Of a DNA stretch of 64,000 bases, positions 31,168 to 40,677 are shown piece after piece (within the stretch, counting starts at the first letter, position 1; every line of letters begins with the position of its first letter). The notes under the pieces are model-generated. The model had not been told where the DNA came from, did no database searches, and saw only the letters and a program-made list of their open reading frames with translations. The position numbers were made by a program, and so were the translations under genes. Origin of the DNA: Dehalococcoidia bacterium (GTDB lineage: Bacteria; Chloroflexota; Dehalococcoidia; Lucifugimonadales; CAJWER01); contig OY762633.1 in NCBI GenBank assembly GCA_963666125.1, forward strand, positions 1,139,249 through 1,203,248, in the 5' to 3' direction.

Positions 31168-32390
31168 TCCAGGCCTCCTTCGCGGTACAAGGCCGTTCTT
31201 ATGGTTGCCAATACGCCGCTCTGATCGACGATAAACTCCGCTTCAGGGTGCCTGGCATCCTTCAGGAGGCGCTGGGCAGTGGTTATACCCAGACCGAAGC
31301 GCTGGACGAAGCCCAGTGTCTTCATGGCGTCGGCCAAGTTGGGGTTGCGATAGTCCAATGCTCCCGTGAGACCGAAGTTGTCGGCGGTCACTCTCCCGAA
31401 GGGCCCCCCGGGACTCATGATGTCAATTCGATCCTCGAACCAGTGGACGTGGACCGGCGCGTTGGTCGCCTCGTACGCGCGATGCATCACCGCGTTGCGA
31501 GTGATCTGCTGAATGGCGGGTATGGGATAGAGGCTTGTTCGTTTTTCGAGCGGAGCGGAGACGAAGTCCACGGCAGTCCTGTTATGGCTCTTCAGCTTCT
31601 CATCCAGGCGGCGCAGTACGTCCGGTACGGAGCCGCGGATGTCCTCGTCGTCAACTATGTCGGCGACGGGTTCCGCACCATCGAACTTGAGGAACTGTAC
31701 GTATGCGCCTGGCAGAAAGTCCTGCGGGTTCTTTCCCAGTACGAGAATTCCCAGGACGGTGGGAGTTGGATCGTCGGCTGAGGCGACCATTTTTGCGGCT
31801 GCCATCTGCTCTTCCCGGCTGCGCTCATTGGCTTCCAGCACCTCGCGCGCAAAGGCTTGCCTGAGATATTGGTACTCGAAGAAGCTCAGATCGATATCCT
31901 CCAGCCTGGCCGAGGGTATGGGGTGTATATCGAAGGGGATGTCCCGGTAGCGCCGCTTTTCGTTCAGAATGCGCTCGTCCTGCGGGGTTGCTATGCCGCG
32001 CCGGGGCCCTATCCGGATCTGTACCGTTCCCCTGAGGCGCACCGGCGGCGAGTCCGATGGCTGCACGCTGATTACTGCGACGTCCTTGCCCCGCAGAGAG
32101 CGCTTCTCGACAGTGATGGACGGAGGCGGAAGGATGTTGCCGTCGGTCTTCATGTCCCCCAGCTGCTGGAGCAGCCTATCCGTTATGGGGAGGCCCGTGA
32201 CCGTGCCATCGTCCCTGGCGCCCACAATCACGACGCCGGACCGGCGACGGTCGGGCAGGTCGTTGGCGAAGGCGCAGATCGCTTCCCGGATCTTCGTGGG
32301 CGCGTCACCCGACAAAGACTCCTTGAACTCTACCAAGTCCGACTCAAAGTCGCTCAGGAGTTCTGCCAGATCGGCGTCTTCAATGGTCAT
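31164..32390 (-). CDS. AlbA_2 (Schlafen-like) DNA/RNA-binding domain protein with HATPase_c_4-like C-terminal domain
   Basis: ESDLVEFKESL...ICAFANDL N-terminal AlbA_2 signature and C-terminal NAVMHRAY...YRNPNLADAM pattern. ATG 32390 preferred over the 32597 extension. Confidence 0.7.
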   Translation of the reverse strand: MTIEDADLAELLSDFESDLVEFKESLSGDAPTKIREAICAFANDLPDRRRSGVVIVGARDDGTVTGLPITDRLLQQLGDMKTDGNILPPPSITVEKRSLRGKDVAVISVQPSDSPPVRLRGTVQIRIGPRRGIATPQDERILNEKRRYRDIPFDIHPIPSARLEDIDLSFFEYQYLRQAFAREVLEANERSREEQMAAAKMVASADDPTPTVLGILVLGKNPQDFLPGAYVQFLKFDGAEPVADIVDDEDIRGSVPDVLRRLDEKLKSHNRTAVDFVSAPLEKRTSLYPIPAIQQITRNAVMHRAYEATNAPVHVHWFEDRIDIMSPGGPFGRVTADNFGLTGALDYRNPNLADAMKTLGFVQRFGLGITTAQRLLKDARHPEAEFIVDQSGVLATIRTALYREGGLE

Positions 32391-32575
32391 TGCGCTCCAC
32401 TCCCAACCAACAGCACTCGCACCTGTGGCGAACCAATGTCTCGTCAAAGCATGATACCATCGTGAAGCCCTAGTGGTCAGCGGCCCTGTGCATGGTCCAT
32501 TTCCATCATTGGGGGGAAAGTGCGCCCGGTTAGCCTTCCAAGTTGGGGCGGGCGCGGTGTACAAAATCTCCCGTG

Positions 32576-33508
32576 ATGAATGGCACCGAATGGGCATCGC
32601 TCCTCGACCGGTTCACGACGCACCTGGAGGCCGAAAGGGGTCTTGCGCCGCTGACGGTCAGGAACTACAGGACCGACCTGAAGCCCCTCTTCGACTACAT
32701 GGAGGGGCGCGGTATCTCCGACCTGAGGGCGCTGGACAGGTACGGGCTGCGTAGCTACCTGGCGTGGCTGGTGGAGCTTGGGTACGAGCGGTCGAGCGTC
32801 GTGCGGAAGCTGAGCGCCCTGCGCTCGTTCCTACGCTGGCTGCTGGCCGAGAAGCTGATCGACAAGGACCCGCTGCCCAGGCGCGGGGTTATGAAGCGGG
32901 ACAAGCGCCTGCCACGCTTCCTGTCCCAGGACGAGGCCGAGACGCTCGTATCGTCGCCGGACACGAGCGACGACTTGGGCGTCCGTGACCGGGCGCTGCT
33001 GGAGCTGGTGTACGCGGCCGGGCTCCGGGTCAGCGAGGTACACGACCTGGACGTCCACGACCTGAACCTGCACAGCAGGGAGCTGCGGGTGGTCGGCAAG
33101 GGAGCCAAGGAGCGCGTGGTGCTCATCGGGTCGGCGGCCCACGACGCCATTGCGCTGTACCTGAGGGACGTGCGCCCGGGTCTGTCGCAGCCCGGAAGCG
33201 GCGCGGCGCTGTTCCTGAACCGGTTCGGCACGCGCCTCAGCCGGCGCAGCATCCAGGAGAAGGTGCGCCGGTACGCGGCAAGGGCGGGCCTGGCGTCGGG
33301 CGTACATACCCACACGCTCCGCCACTCCTTCGCCACGCATCTCCTGGACGGCGGGGCCGACCTGCGGGTCGTGCAGGAGCTGCTGGGGCACTCCAGCCCG
33401 GCGACCACGCAGATATATACTCACGTAACACAGTCGAAGGCGCGAGAGGTGTACCTGTCGTCGCATCCGCGGGCCAGGGCCGGCGTGGAGGAAGAGCAAG
33501 AGCCATGA
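32576..33508 (+). CDS. Tyrosine recombinase, XerC/XerD family
   Basis: RNYRTDL core-binding domain, ARLSR, HTLRHSFATHLL, and LGHSSPATTQIYTHV (catalytic Tyr). Confidence 0.9.
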   Translation: MNGTEWASLLDRFTTHLEAERGLAPLTVRNYRTDLKPLFDYMEGRGISDLRALDRYGLRSYLAWLVELGYERSSVVRKLSALRSFLRWLLAEKLIDKDPLPRRGVMKRDKRLPRFLSQDEAETLVSSPDTSDDLGVRDRALLELVYAAGLRVSEVHDLDVHDLNLHSRELRVVGKGAKERVVLIGSAAHDAIALYLRDVRPGLSQPGSGAALFLNRFGTRLSRRSIQEKVRRYAARAGLASGVHTHTLRHSFATHLLDGGADLRVVQELLGHSSPATTQIYTHVTQSKAREVYLSSHPRARAGVEEEQEP

Positions 33509-33954
33509 AGATACTCGTCATCAACGGACCGAACCTGAACATGCTGGGCAGGCGCGACCCGGGCGCCTATGGAACCACCTCGCTCACGGAGATCGAGGGG
33601 CGCATCATGGAGACTGCCGGCGAGCTTGGGGTCGAGGTCGAGCTGTTCCAGAGCAACCACGAGGGGGCCATCGTCGACTTCGTGCAGCAGTCTGCGGACG
33701 AAGCCTCGGGTATAATCATCAACGCCGGGGCGTTGACCCACTACGGGCTGTCGATACGCGACGCCCTGGCCGACGCGGGCCTGCCGGTGGTCGAGGTCCA
33801 CATATCGAACATCCACGCCCGCGAGGAGTTCCGGCGCCACTCGGTCATCGCCCCCCTGGCGATCGGGCAGATCGCCGGGCTGGGCTGGCGCGGGTACGAA
33901 TACGGGCTCAGGTTCATAGTCGAGGAGATCGAGGAGGGCGAACAGGGCAGATGA
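33505..33954 (+). CDS. aroQ: Type II 3-dehydroquinate dehydratase
   Basis: MKILVINGPNLNMLGRRDP, SNHEG, THYG, and HISNIHAREEFR. Confidence 0.95.
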   Translation: MKILVINGPNLNMLGRRDPGAYGTTSLTEIEGRIMETAGELGVEVELFQSNHEGAIVDFVQQSADEASGIIINAGALTHYGLSIRDALADAGLPVVEVHISNIHAREEFRRHSVIAPLAIGQIAGLGWRGYEYGLRFIVEEIEEGEQGR

Positions 33955-35033
33955 ACACGGCGGCGAGGATCGAAAGGCTCCGGCAAGGGCTGGGCGAGAA
34001 CGAGATCGACGCGATGCTGGTCTCCAGCGCGGAGAACCGGCGCTACCTGTCCGGCTTCACGGGCTCGGCGGGGTACCTGCTGATCAGCGAGAGGGACCAG
34101 GTGCTGGTGACGGACTTCCGGTACACGGAGCAGGCCGAGAGGCAGTCGCCCGGCTACCGGGTGGAGCGGATGACGCCCGGGCAGGCGTGGAAGTGGCTGC
34201 CCGAGCTGGCGGCGGAGACGGCGGTCGGCCGCATCGGATTCGAGGCCAGCGACGTCACGGTCGCGACCCACTCGGCCTTCAAGAAGGCAATCGACGAACA
34301 CGAGGAATCGACGGACCTGACCCTCGTGGAGACGAGCGAGGTCGTCGACAAGATGAGGTCCGTGAAGGACCGGGACGAGCTCGAAATCCTGACGAAGGCC
34401 GTGGAGGTCACCGACAGGGCATTGGAGGAGGTGTCGGCGGCGGTCGAACCGGGTGTGACCGAGGTCGAGGTAGCGTGGGAGCTGGAGAAGTCGATGAGGG
34501 AGCAGGGGGCCGAGGGCCTGGCCTTCGAGACCATCGTCGCGGCGGGCCCAAACGGCGCGCTGCCCCACCATCTCGCCGACGAGACGCCCATCCAAGAAGG
34601 CCAGGCTGTCGTGATCGACATGGGGGCCAAGTACGACGGCTACTGCGCCGACCTGACCCGCACCATAGTCGTGGGGGAGCCGGACGAGAAGTTCGCCGAG
34701 GTCTACGGCACGGTGCTGCGGGCGCAGATCGAGGCCGAGGAGCGGGTCAGGCCCGGCATGACCGGCAAGGAGGTCGACGCCATAGCGCGCGACATCATCT
34801 CGGAGGCGGGCTACGAGGACAACTTCGGCCACAGCCTGGGCCACGGCGTGGGCCTCGCCGTCCACGAGTACCCGCGCGTCGGCCCGACCGGCGAGGACCC
34901 CATCGAGGACGGCATGGTGTTCACCGTCGAGCCCGGCATCTACCTGTCAGGCTGGGGCGGCGTGAGAATCGAGGACATCGTGGTCATGGAGAATGGCCGC
35001 GCCCGTGTCCTCAGCCGCGCCCCGAAGATATAG
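33951..35033 (+). CDS. M24 family Xaa-Pro aminopeptidase/dipeptidase
   Basis: Creatinase-like N-domain plus the pita-bread metal ligands (DMGAKYDGYCAD, HGVGLAVHE, EPGIY, IED). Confidence 0.9.
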   Translation: MNTAARIERLRQGLGENEIDAMLVSSAENRRYLSGFTGSAGYLLISERDQVLVTDFRYTEQAERQSPGYRVERMTPGQAWKWLPELAAETAVGRIGFEASDVTVATHSAFKKAIDEHEESTDLTLVETSEVVDKMRSVKDRDELEILTKAVEVTDRALEEVSAAVEPGVTEVEVAWELEKSMREQGAEGLAFETIVAAGPNGALPHHLADETPIQEGQAVVIDMGAKYDGYCADLTRTIVVGEPDEKFAEVYGTVLRAQIEAEERVRPGMTGKEVDAIARDIISEAGYEDNFGHSLGHGVGLAVHEYPRVGPTGEDPIEDGMVFTVEPGIYLSGWGGVRIEDIVVMENGRARVLSRAPKI

Positions 35034-35048
35034 CAGGCGCTTGCCGTC

Positions 35049-35068
35049 ATTCCCGCGCAGGCGGGAAT
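35049..35068 (+). terminator. Hairpin downstream of the M24 peptidase gene
   Basis: ATTCCCGC-GCAG-GCGGGAAT, an 8-bp stem and 4-nt loop, 16 nt after the stop. No T-tract. Confidence 0.4.
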
Positions 35069-35128
35069 CCATCCCGATAGTGCGAGACGGCGGCGTTCGC
35101 GCTACAATAGAGGTTCAGCCGCGCACAA

Positions 35129-35204
35129 GCCCCTGTAGCTCAGGCGGATAGAGCAACGGTTTCCTAAACCGTGTGCCCCGGTTCGAGTCCGGGCAGGGGT
35201 ACCA
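35129..35204 (+). tRNA. tRNA-Arg (anticodon CCT), CCA encoded
   Basis: Hand-folded cloverleaf: acceptor GCCCCTG/CAGGGGT, D-arm GCTC..GAGC, anticodon stem ACGGT/ACCGT with loop TTCCTAA, T-arm CCCGG-TTCGAGT-CCGGG, discriminator A, then CCA. Confidence 0.9.
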
Positions 35205-35217
35205 GGCTTGTCTTCCT

Positions 35218-35246
35218 TTGACTTCCCATTTGCCTGCCGTTATACT
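35218..35246 (+). promoter_or_regulatory. Near-consensus sigma70-type promoter (TTGACT-17 nt-TATACT) for hsdM
   Basis: The -10 ends 6 nt before ATG 35253, with no SD in between, which predicts a leaderless hsdM transcript. Confidence 0.45.
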
Positions 35247-35252
35247 GCAAAC

Positions 35253-37106
35253 ATGGCAAATATAGCAGAACGGCAGGCTATCGCGCCGACCCTCCAGGCC
35301 ATCCGCGCCAGGCTGGACCTGACGCAGGAGCAGCTTGCCGAGCGGCTTGGCGTGTCGTTCGCCACGGTGAACCGCTGGGAGGGCGGCGCGACCACGCCCC
35401 AGAGGGCGGCGCGGACGGCCATCGCCGCGCTGGCTGCCGAGGCCGGAGTCGACGCAGCCGGGCCGGGCGTCGACGAGGCGGAGTCCGCCGCCCGCGTGAC
35501 CCGGCGGCGGTCCCGGCGGCGGCAGGCCGAAGTCCCGTCCACCAAGCCCATGGAGCAGATGCTGTGGGACGCGGCCTGCTCCATCCGGGGCGCAAAGGAC
35601 GCGGCCAAGTTCAAGGACTACCTGCTGCCCCTCCTCTTCCTCAAGCGCCTCTCGGACGTGTTCGACGACGAGATCGACCGGCTGGCCCAGGAGTTCGGGG
35701 ACCGGGCGATCGCGCAGGAGATCGCGGAGAGCGACCACGGCCTGCTCCGCTTCTACCTGCCGCCGGAGGCCCGCTGGGGCGTGGTCAACGGCCGGGAGGC
35801 CCACGACTGGCCCCTCGACGCCGGGGGCCGCAGCACCCGCCCCCGCGACGTCGGCGAGCACCTGACCATGGCCGTGCGCGCCGTCGTGCGCTACAACCCC
35901 ACCCTCTCAGGCGTCATCGACCTGGTGGACTTCGCCTCGGAGCGCAACGGGGAGCGCGACCTCAACCCGGCCCGCCTCGCCGCCGTCGTCGAGACCTTCT
36001 CCGACCCACGCTACCGCCTGGGGCTCGCCGACGTGCAGCCCGACTTCCTGGGTCGCGCCTACGAGTACCTTCTCAGAAAATTCGCCGAGGGCTCCGGCCA
36101 GAGCGCGGGCGAGTTCTTCACCCCCACCGAGGTCGGCTTCCTCATGGCCCACCTGATGCGCCCCCGGCCCGGCGAGACGTGCCACGACTACGCCTGCGGC
36201 TCGGCCGGGCTGCTCATCAAGCTCCAGCTCGTCGCCCGGGAGGCCGACCCCACCAGCCGCGTTCCCCTCAGGCTCTACGGGCAGGAGCTGCAGGCCGACA
36301 GCTACGCCGTCGCCCACATGAACGCCATCATCCACGACATGGAGGTCGAGATAGAGCGCGGCGACACGATGATCAACCCCAAGTTCAAGGACGCCGCCGG
36401 GCGGATATCCGGCCACGACATCGTGGTCGCCAATCCCATGTGGAACCAGGACTTCAACCCGGACATCTTCGAGAACGACCCCTTCGACCGCTTCCGGGCC
36501 GCCGGGGGCGTCACCACCGGCAGGGGCGACTGGGCATGGCTCCAGCACACTCTCGCCTGCCTGAACGAGCGCGGGCGCGCCGCCGTGGTGCTGGACACGG
36601 GCGCGGTGACCCGGGGCTCGGGCGCAAGGCACGAGGACAGGGAGCGAAACATCCGCAAGTGGTTCGTGGAGCGGGACCTGGTCGACGGCGTGATCCTGCT
36701 GCCGGACAACCTCTTCTACAACACCAGCGCCGCCGGCATCATCGTCGTCCTGTCCAGGCGCAAGCCGGAGGCCCGCAAAGGCAAGATCGTGCTCGTCAAC
36801 GCCGGCAGGCGCGTCGGCAAGGGCCGCCCCAAGAATTTCATACCGGACGACGACATCCAGCCGGTGGCGGCGATGTTCCTGGAGGGCGAGCCGGTGGAGG
36901 GCGAGGTCGCCGTCATCACGCGAGAGCAGGCGGCGGAGGCCGACTACAACCTCAGCCCGAGCCGGTGGGTGGGGCAGACGAGCTCGACAGAGGTGGGTTC
37001 GGTTCGTGACCTGCTAGCGGAGCTTGCCACACTTGACAGGGAAGCCCACCAGCTTTCGGCGTCGCTGCACAAACTCCTGGCTGGAGTTGCTGATGAGTCT
37101 GCTTGA
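35253..37106 (+). CDS. hsdM: Type I restriction-modification system methyltransferase subunit with N-terminal XRE-type HTH
   Basis: N-terminal [23 protein letters not shown]. HsdM_N region ([14 protein letters not shown]), SAM motif [10 protein letters not shown], and catalytic NPMW (NPPF-type). Confidence 0.92.
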   Translation: MANIAERQAIAPTLQAIRARLDLTQEQLAERLGVSFATVNRWEGGATTPQRAARTAIAALAAEAGVDAAGPGVDEAESAARVTRRRSRRRQAEVPSTKPMEQMLWDAACSIRGAKDAAKFKDYLLPLLFLKRLSDVFDDEIDRLAQEFGDRAIAQEIAESDHGLLRFYLPPEARWGVVNGREAHDWPLDAGGRSTRPRDVGEHLTMAVRAVVRYNPTLSGVIDLVDFASERNGERDLNPARLAAVVETFSDPRYRLGLADVQPDFLGRAYEYLLRKFAEGSGQSAGEFFTPTEVGFLMAHLMRPRPGETCHDYACGSAGLLIKLQLVAREADPTSRVPLRLYGQELQADSYAVAHMNAIIHDMEVEIERGDTMINPKFKDAAGRISGHDIVVANPMWNQDFNPDIFENDPFDRFRAAGGVTTGRGDWAWLQHTLACLNERGRAAVVLDTGAVTRGSGARHEDRERNIRKWFVERDLVDGVILLPDNLFYNTSAAGIIVVLSRRKPEARKGKIVLVNAGRRVGKGRPKNFIPDDDIQPVAAMFLEGEPVEGEVAVITREQAAEADYNLSPSRWVGQTSSTEVGSVRDLLAELATLDREAHQLSASLHKLLAGVADESA

Positions 37107-38403
37107 TACTGAACTTGCCGAAGGTCGCCAGTGGCTGCGGTTGGGTGACGCGTACGAAGTCACGAAGAAGCCTCGTGGACTTGATATGGCTTCGTTGCCT
37201 GCGGTCCCGTTCGTACCGATGGACGCCATCCCTCAAGGCGGTGCATATACAGCCGACTACACGATGAGGCCCCCAGGTGAAATCAGGAGTGGGACCTACT
37301 TCGAGCGCGGCGACGCCCTGATTGCCAAGATTACGCCGTCGTTTGAAAACGGCAAGCAGGCTCTCGCGACCGGGCTACCGACACCCTTCGGCATTGCCAC
37401 TACCGAGGTTATCCCGCTTCGACCGTGCAAGGAAGGGCAAGACAGGCGATTGTTGTTCTTCTACTTGCTGCATCCCGATGTCCGCCATCATGTCGCTGAG
37501 CGCATGGAGGGCGCGACCGGGCGACAGCGCATACCCGCCGACGTACTCCTTGATCTGCCGTTCCCAAAGTTCGATTCCGAAGAACAAACGACTGTCTCAG
37601 ACATCTTAGAGATGATTCAACAGCTAATGGCTGTTGAGACACAATCGATTGAGACGACTCAAACCCTCAAGCGCGCCGCGATGCGGACGCTGTTCACGCG
37701 CGGGCTGAGGGGCGAGGCGCAGAAGGAGACGGAGATCGGGCCGGTGCCGGAGAGTTGGGAGATGGTGCACATCGGCGACATTTTCGAGATTGAGCAGGGT
37801 CTATCGCTCAAGGGCAATCTGGCCACCAACGGAGACGGGACACCATTTCTCCGAACGTCGAACGTCTATTGGGGAGAGATTGACCTTCAGGCGGTCAGCC
37901 GGATGCATCTCAAACGTGACCCCGTACAGGAGAAGCTGTTGACAGCGGGCGACCTGCTTGTCTGCGAGGGTGGAGATATAGGCCGCGCGGCGGTGTGGGA
38001 TGGCGAGATAGAACATTGCCTGTTTCAGAATCATCTCCATTGTCTGCGTCCCATCGACGCCTCCCGAACGGAACCTCGTTTCGTGATGGCATGGCTCGAA
38101 GAGGGCTTCAAGCATCGCAACGCGTACGAGGGCGCCGGCAACCGTACAACTATCCCCAACCTCTCCCGATCACGCCTGGCGGGGTTGTCGATCCCCCATC
38201 CATCCGCAGACGAGCAACGTGAGGTCGTGAGCATCCTGGACGCCATCGACCGCAAGATTGACCTGCACCGCCGCAAGCGTGCTATAATGGATCAGCTGTT
38301 CAAGACGCTGCTACACAAACTGATGACGGGGGATATACGTGTGGGGGAGTTGGGTATTGCAATGTTGCACGACGACACTGCAGAAGTCACTGCAGACAGA
38401 TAG
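37093..38403 (+). CDS. hsdS: Type I restriction-modification system specificity subunit
   Basis: Two target-recognition domains separated by a conserved spacer helix ([14 protein letters not shown]) and a matching C-terminal helix ([15 protein letters not shown]). Overlaps the hsdM end. Confidence 0.88.
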   Translation: MSLLDTELAEGRQWLRLGDAYEVTKKPRGLDMASLPAVPFVPMDAIPQGGAYTADYTMRPPGEIRSGTYFERGDALIAKITPSFENGKQALATGLPTPFGIATTEVIPLRPCKEGQDRRLLFFYLLHPDVRHHVAERMEGATGRQRIPADVLLDLPFPKFDSEEQTTVSDILEMIQQLMAVETQSIETTQTLKRAAMRTLFTRGLRGEAQKETEIGPVPESWEMVHIGDIFEIEQGLSLKGNLATNGDGTPFLRTSNVYWGEIDLQAVSRMHLKRDPVQEKLLTAGDLLVCEGGDIGRAAVWDGEIEHCLFQNHLHCLRPIDASRTEPRFVMAWLEEGFKHRNAYEGAGNRTTIPNLSRSRLAGLSIPHPSADEQREVVSILDAIDRKIDLHRRKRAIMDQLFKTLLHKLMTGDIRVGELGIAMLHDDTAEVTADR

Positions 38404-38417
38404 CAGGGAATTGGGTT

Positions 38418-40007
38418 ATGAGAATCAAGAGCGCCACAATCAAGGATTTCAAGCGTTTCACAGATATGACCGTCCAGGGCATACCGGAAACTACTCGCCT
38501 CATTATGCTTGCTGGACCGAACGGTTCCGGTAAGTCGTCATTCTTTGATGCGCTTCACACTTGGCATAGATGGGCATCTCAAAAAAGACCGATATGGTCA
38601 GCGGACTACCATGTCAAAGCTGGCAGGCCTGACCTGGGAGGATGGGACAATAGTCTCTCGGCGGTGCAGTTCCATGACTCACAGTCCCATCCGGTAAAGA
38701 AGTCCCTCTACGTAAGGTCAGCCTACCGAAATGATCCTGAATTCAGAATCACTACGCTTCAAAGACAGGGAGACCTGCTGGATCTAACTCCATTCGGCCG
38801 AATGATTGACAATGACGCGGCAGTTGGGAGGAATTATCAACGGTTGGCCAGTCAGGGTCTGGTTGACTTGTATGGAGGTGGCTCCACAACATTCGATGAA
38901 TACCTAGAGCAGAGTATCGGTGCAGTACGGGGTCCATTGCTTAGGTTGTTCCCAGACCTCGCACTGGACAGTCTTGGAAATCCTTTGGAGAATGGAACCT
39001 TCCATTTTTCTAAGGGCACCAGTACAGGTTTTGCTTTCATGAATCTATCGGGTGGAGAGAAGGCTGCCTTTGACCTAATTCTAGATCTTGCTATTGCTAG
39101 GCGTTCCTACGACGATACGTTGTTCTGTATCGACGAGCCTGAATCTCATATGAATGCTCGTCTTCAAGCGGAATTGTTGTCTGTGCTGTATGAGCTAATC
39201 CCTGAGACCTGTCAACTAATGCTGGCGACTCACTCTGTAGGCATGATGCGCCGTGCCCGAGATATAGAAGCGCAACAGCCCGGAACTGTCATCTTCCTTG
39301 ATTTCGGTGAACGCGACTTTGATCAACCTCAGGTGATTGAGCCTACGGTTACCAACCGAGCGTTCTGGCAAAGAGCTTACGAAGTGGCGCTAGACGACCT
39401 CGCAGCACTGCTCGTACCTGAGAGGGTGGTGATCTGCGAGGGCGAGCCAATGAATTCATACTCGGGACAGAACTATTCTCACGATGCTCGTTGCTACCAG
39501 CGTACCTTTCAGACCGAATTCCCAGAAACGCAGTTCATTCCTGGAGGCAATGCATCAGAAGTCGCTGGTGACAAGCGTGGTATCGCGTATGCCTTAGGTA
39601 TGTTGACGCAGGGTACGCATGTCGTAAGGCTCGTTGACCGCGACGCAAGGTCACCACAAGAAGTTGACGAGTTGAAGAGGATCGGCGTGCGGGTACTATC
39701 GCGCCGCAATCTTGAATCCTACCTATTCGACAACGAAGTTCTACAGATATTAGCTCATTCAGTAGGAAGGTCCAATAAGGTCAATGACCTCTTAGCTGAA
39801 AAGCAGCGCATCATTATCCAGAGGACTGGAGATGCTCCTGACGACCTAAAGCCATCCAGTGGTGACATCTACAACGCATGCAAATCCATACTTGAACTCA
39901 CCAATCCCGGGAACAACACTAAGACCTTTATGCGCGACACCCTCGCTCCGCTCGTTCAGCCGGGGATGGCCGTGTACGACGAACTGAAGCGTGACATCTT
40001 CGGGTAG
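38418..40007 (+). CDS. ABC/SMC-type ATPase fused to a Toprim/DUF4435-like C-terminal domain (OLD-family / PARIS AriA-AriB-like)
   Basis: Walker A GPNGSGKSS, signature LSGGEK, Walker B LFCIDEPESHM, H-loop LATHS. The C-terminal domain carries VVICEGE, LVDRDARS and RRNLESYL, which resemble Toprim/DUF4435 motifs. Confidence 0.6.
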   Translation: MRIKSATIKDFKRFTDMTVQGIPETTRLIMLAGPNGSGKSSFFDALHTWHRWASQKRPIWSADYHVKAGRPDLGGWDNSLSAVQFHDSQSHPVKKSLYVRSAYRNDPEFRITTLQRQGDLLDLTPFGRMIDNDAAVGRNYQRLASQGLVDLYGGGSTTFDEYLEQSIGAVRGPLLRLFPDLALDSLGNPLENGTFHFSKGTSTGFAFMNLSGGEKAAFDLILDLAIARRSYDDTLFCIDEPESHMNARLQAELLSVLYELIPETCQLMLATHSVGMMRRARDIEAQQPGTVIFLDFGERDFDQPQVIEPTVTNRAFWQRAYEVALDDLAALLVPERVVICEGEPMNSYSGQNYSHDARCYQRTFQTEFPETQFIPGGNASEVAGDKRGIAYALGMLTQGTHVVRLVDRDARSPQEVDELKRIGVRVLSRRNLESYLFDNEVLQILAHSVGRSNKVNDLLAEKQRIIIQRTGDAPDDLKPSSGDIYNACKSILELTNPGNNTKTFMRDTLAPLVQPGMAVYDELKRDIFG

Positions 40008-40022
40008 GAAATGTGTGTGTAG

Positions 40023-40200
40023 ATGAACATTGAGCGAATCGCAGCCCTAGCCGCATCCGGTGAATCCGAGATGTTGGAGTTCAAGGAGGCTACCGGGACG
40101 CACCGCGAGGCGGCCATGAACTGTCTGCGCTCTTTCTGAACTAGGGCGACGAGTGCCGTTCGGTGTGACACGGACCGGCGTTTGATTGGAGAGCAAATGA
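40023..40200 (+). pseudogene. Decayed 5' fragment of an AlbA_2-domain gene
   Basis: A 38-codon ORF (MNIERIAALAASGESEMLEFKEATGTHREAAMNCLRSF*) parallels the N-terminus of the 41804 gene (IEALVASGESETLELKATTGTRREAAMTVCAFLN). Similarity continues out of frame (FLN*G.., VPFGVTRTG) and then is lost. Confidence 0.6.
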
Positions 40201-40219
40201 GTTCAATGAGAAAGACTAA

Positions 40220-40441
40220 ATGACCGAGCTTCTTCAGCAAGCCTTTGAGAGGGCTTCCGAACTCTCGGAGACGGAACAGGACAAGTTCGCTCGCTTCCTG
40301 CTGGCTGAACTGGAGTCGGCGCGGCAGTGGGCAGAGTTGTTCAGCAGTCCCGAATCGGAGGACCTGCTGGGGCGGCTGGCAGATGAGGCGATGTCGGAGC
40401 ACCGCGCAGGCCGAACTCGGCCCTTCTCATGCGGCGCATGA
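40220..40441 (+). CDS. Small acidic antitoxin-like protein (no adjacent toxin)
   Basis: 73 aa. The MTELLQQAFERASELSETEQDKFARFLLAELES... pattern matches small antitoxin-type proteins I recognise from TA loci. Family assignment is not verifiable here. Confidence 0.4.
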   Translation: MTELLQQAFERASELSETEQDKFARFLLAELESARQWAELFSSPESEDLLGRLADEAMSEHRAGRTRPFSCGA

Positions 40442-40464
40442 GGGCGCATGAGAAGGATAGGAAG

Positions 40465-40665
40465 ATGAGAAACACGCCCAATTTCCCGCCGGGATGGAAC
40501 GAAGAGCGCGTCCAGCGCGTCCTTCGGCACTATGATTCGCTGACCGAGGACGAGGAGGTTGCCGGGGACGAGGCCGCATTCGAGGACTCCACACAGGCTA
40601 TAATGGAGATTCCAAAGGAGCTTGTGCCTTCCGTGCGAGCGCTGCTTGCGGAGCGTGCCGGGTAG
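40465..40665 (+). CDS. Small acidic hypothetical protein (antitoxin-like)
   Basis: 66 aa from ATG 40465, preceded by GGATAGGAAG. PPGWNEERVQRVLRHYDSLTEDEE pattern, with no catalytic motifs. Confidence 0.35.
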   Translation: MRNTPNFPPGWNEERVQRVLRHYDSLTEDEEVAGDEAAFEDSTQAIMEIPKELVPSVRALLAERAG

Positions 40666-40677
40666 TAGGAGACGGCA

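Noticed and set aside
32576-35204. The tyrosine recombinase as the integrase of the tRNA-Arg island, and an att direct repeat.
   Set aside because: The recombinase has the XerC/XerD-type motif set and is translationally coupled to aroQ and the M24 peptidase gene. It lies on the opposite side of the tRNA from the island. I could not find a copy of the tRNA 3' half near 50.7 kb by eye, so no integrative element is claimed.
35208-35252. Upstream TTG start for hsdM, 4 nt after the tRNA. Similar 5' extensions occur in the track at 10876, 12894, 26741, 32597, 46733, 48067 and 62029.
   Set aside because: The extensions run into the tRNA, into promoters or into upstream genes, and they lack homology. 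Family similarity and promoter or overlap geometry support the internal ATG/GTG starts given in the feature list.
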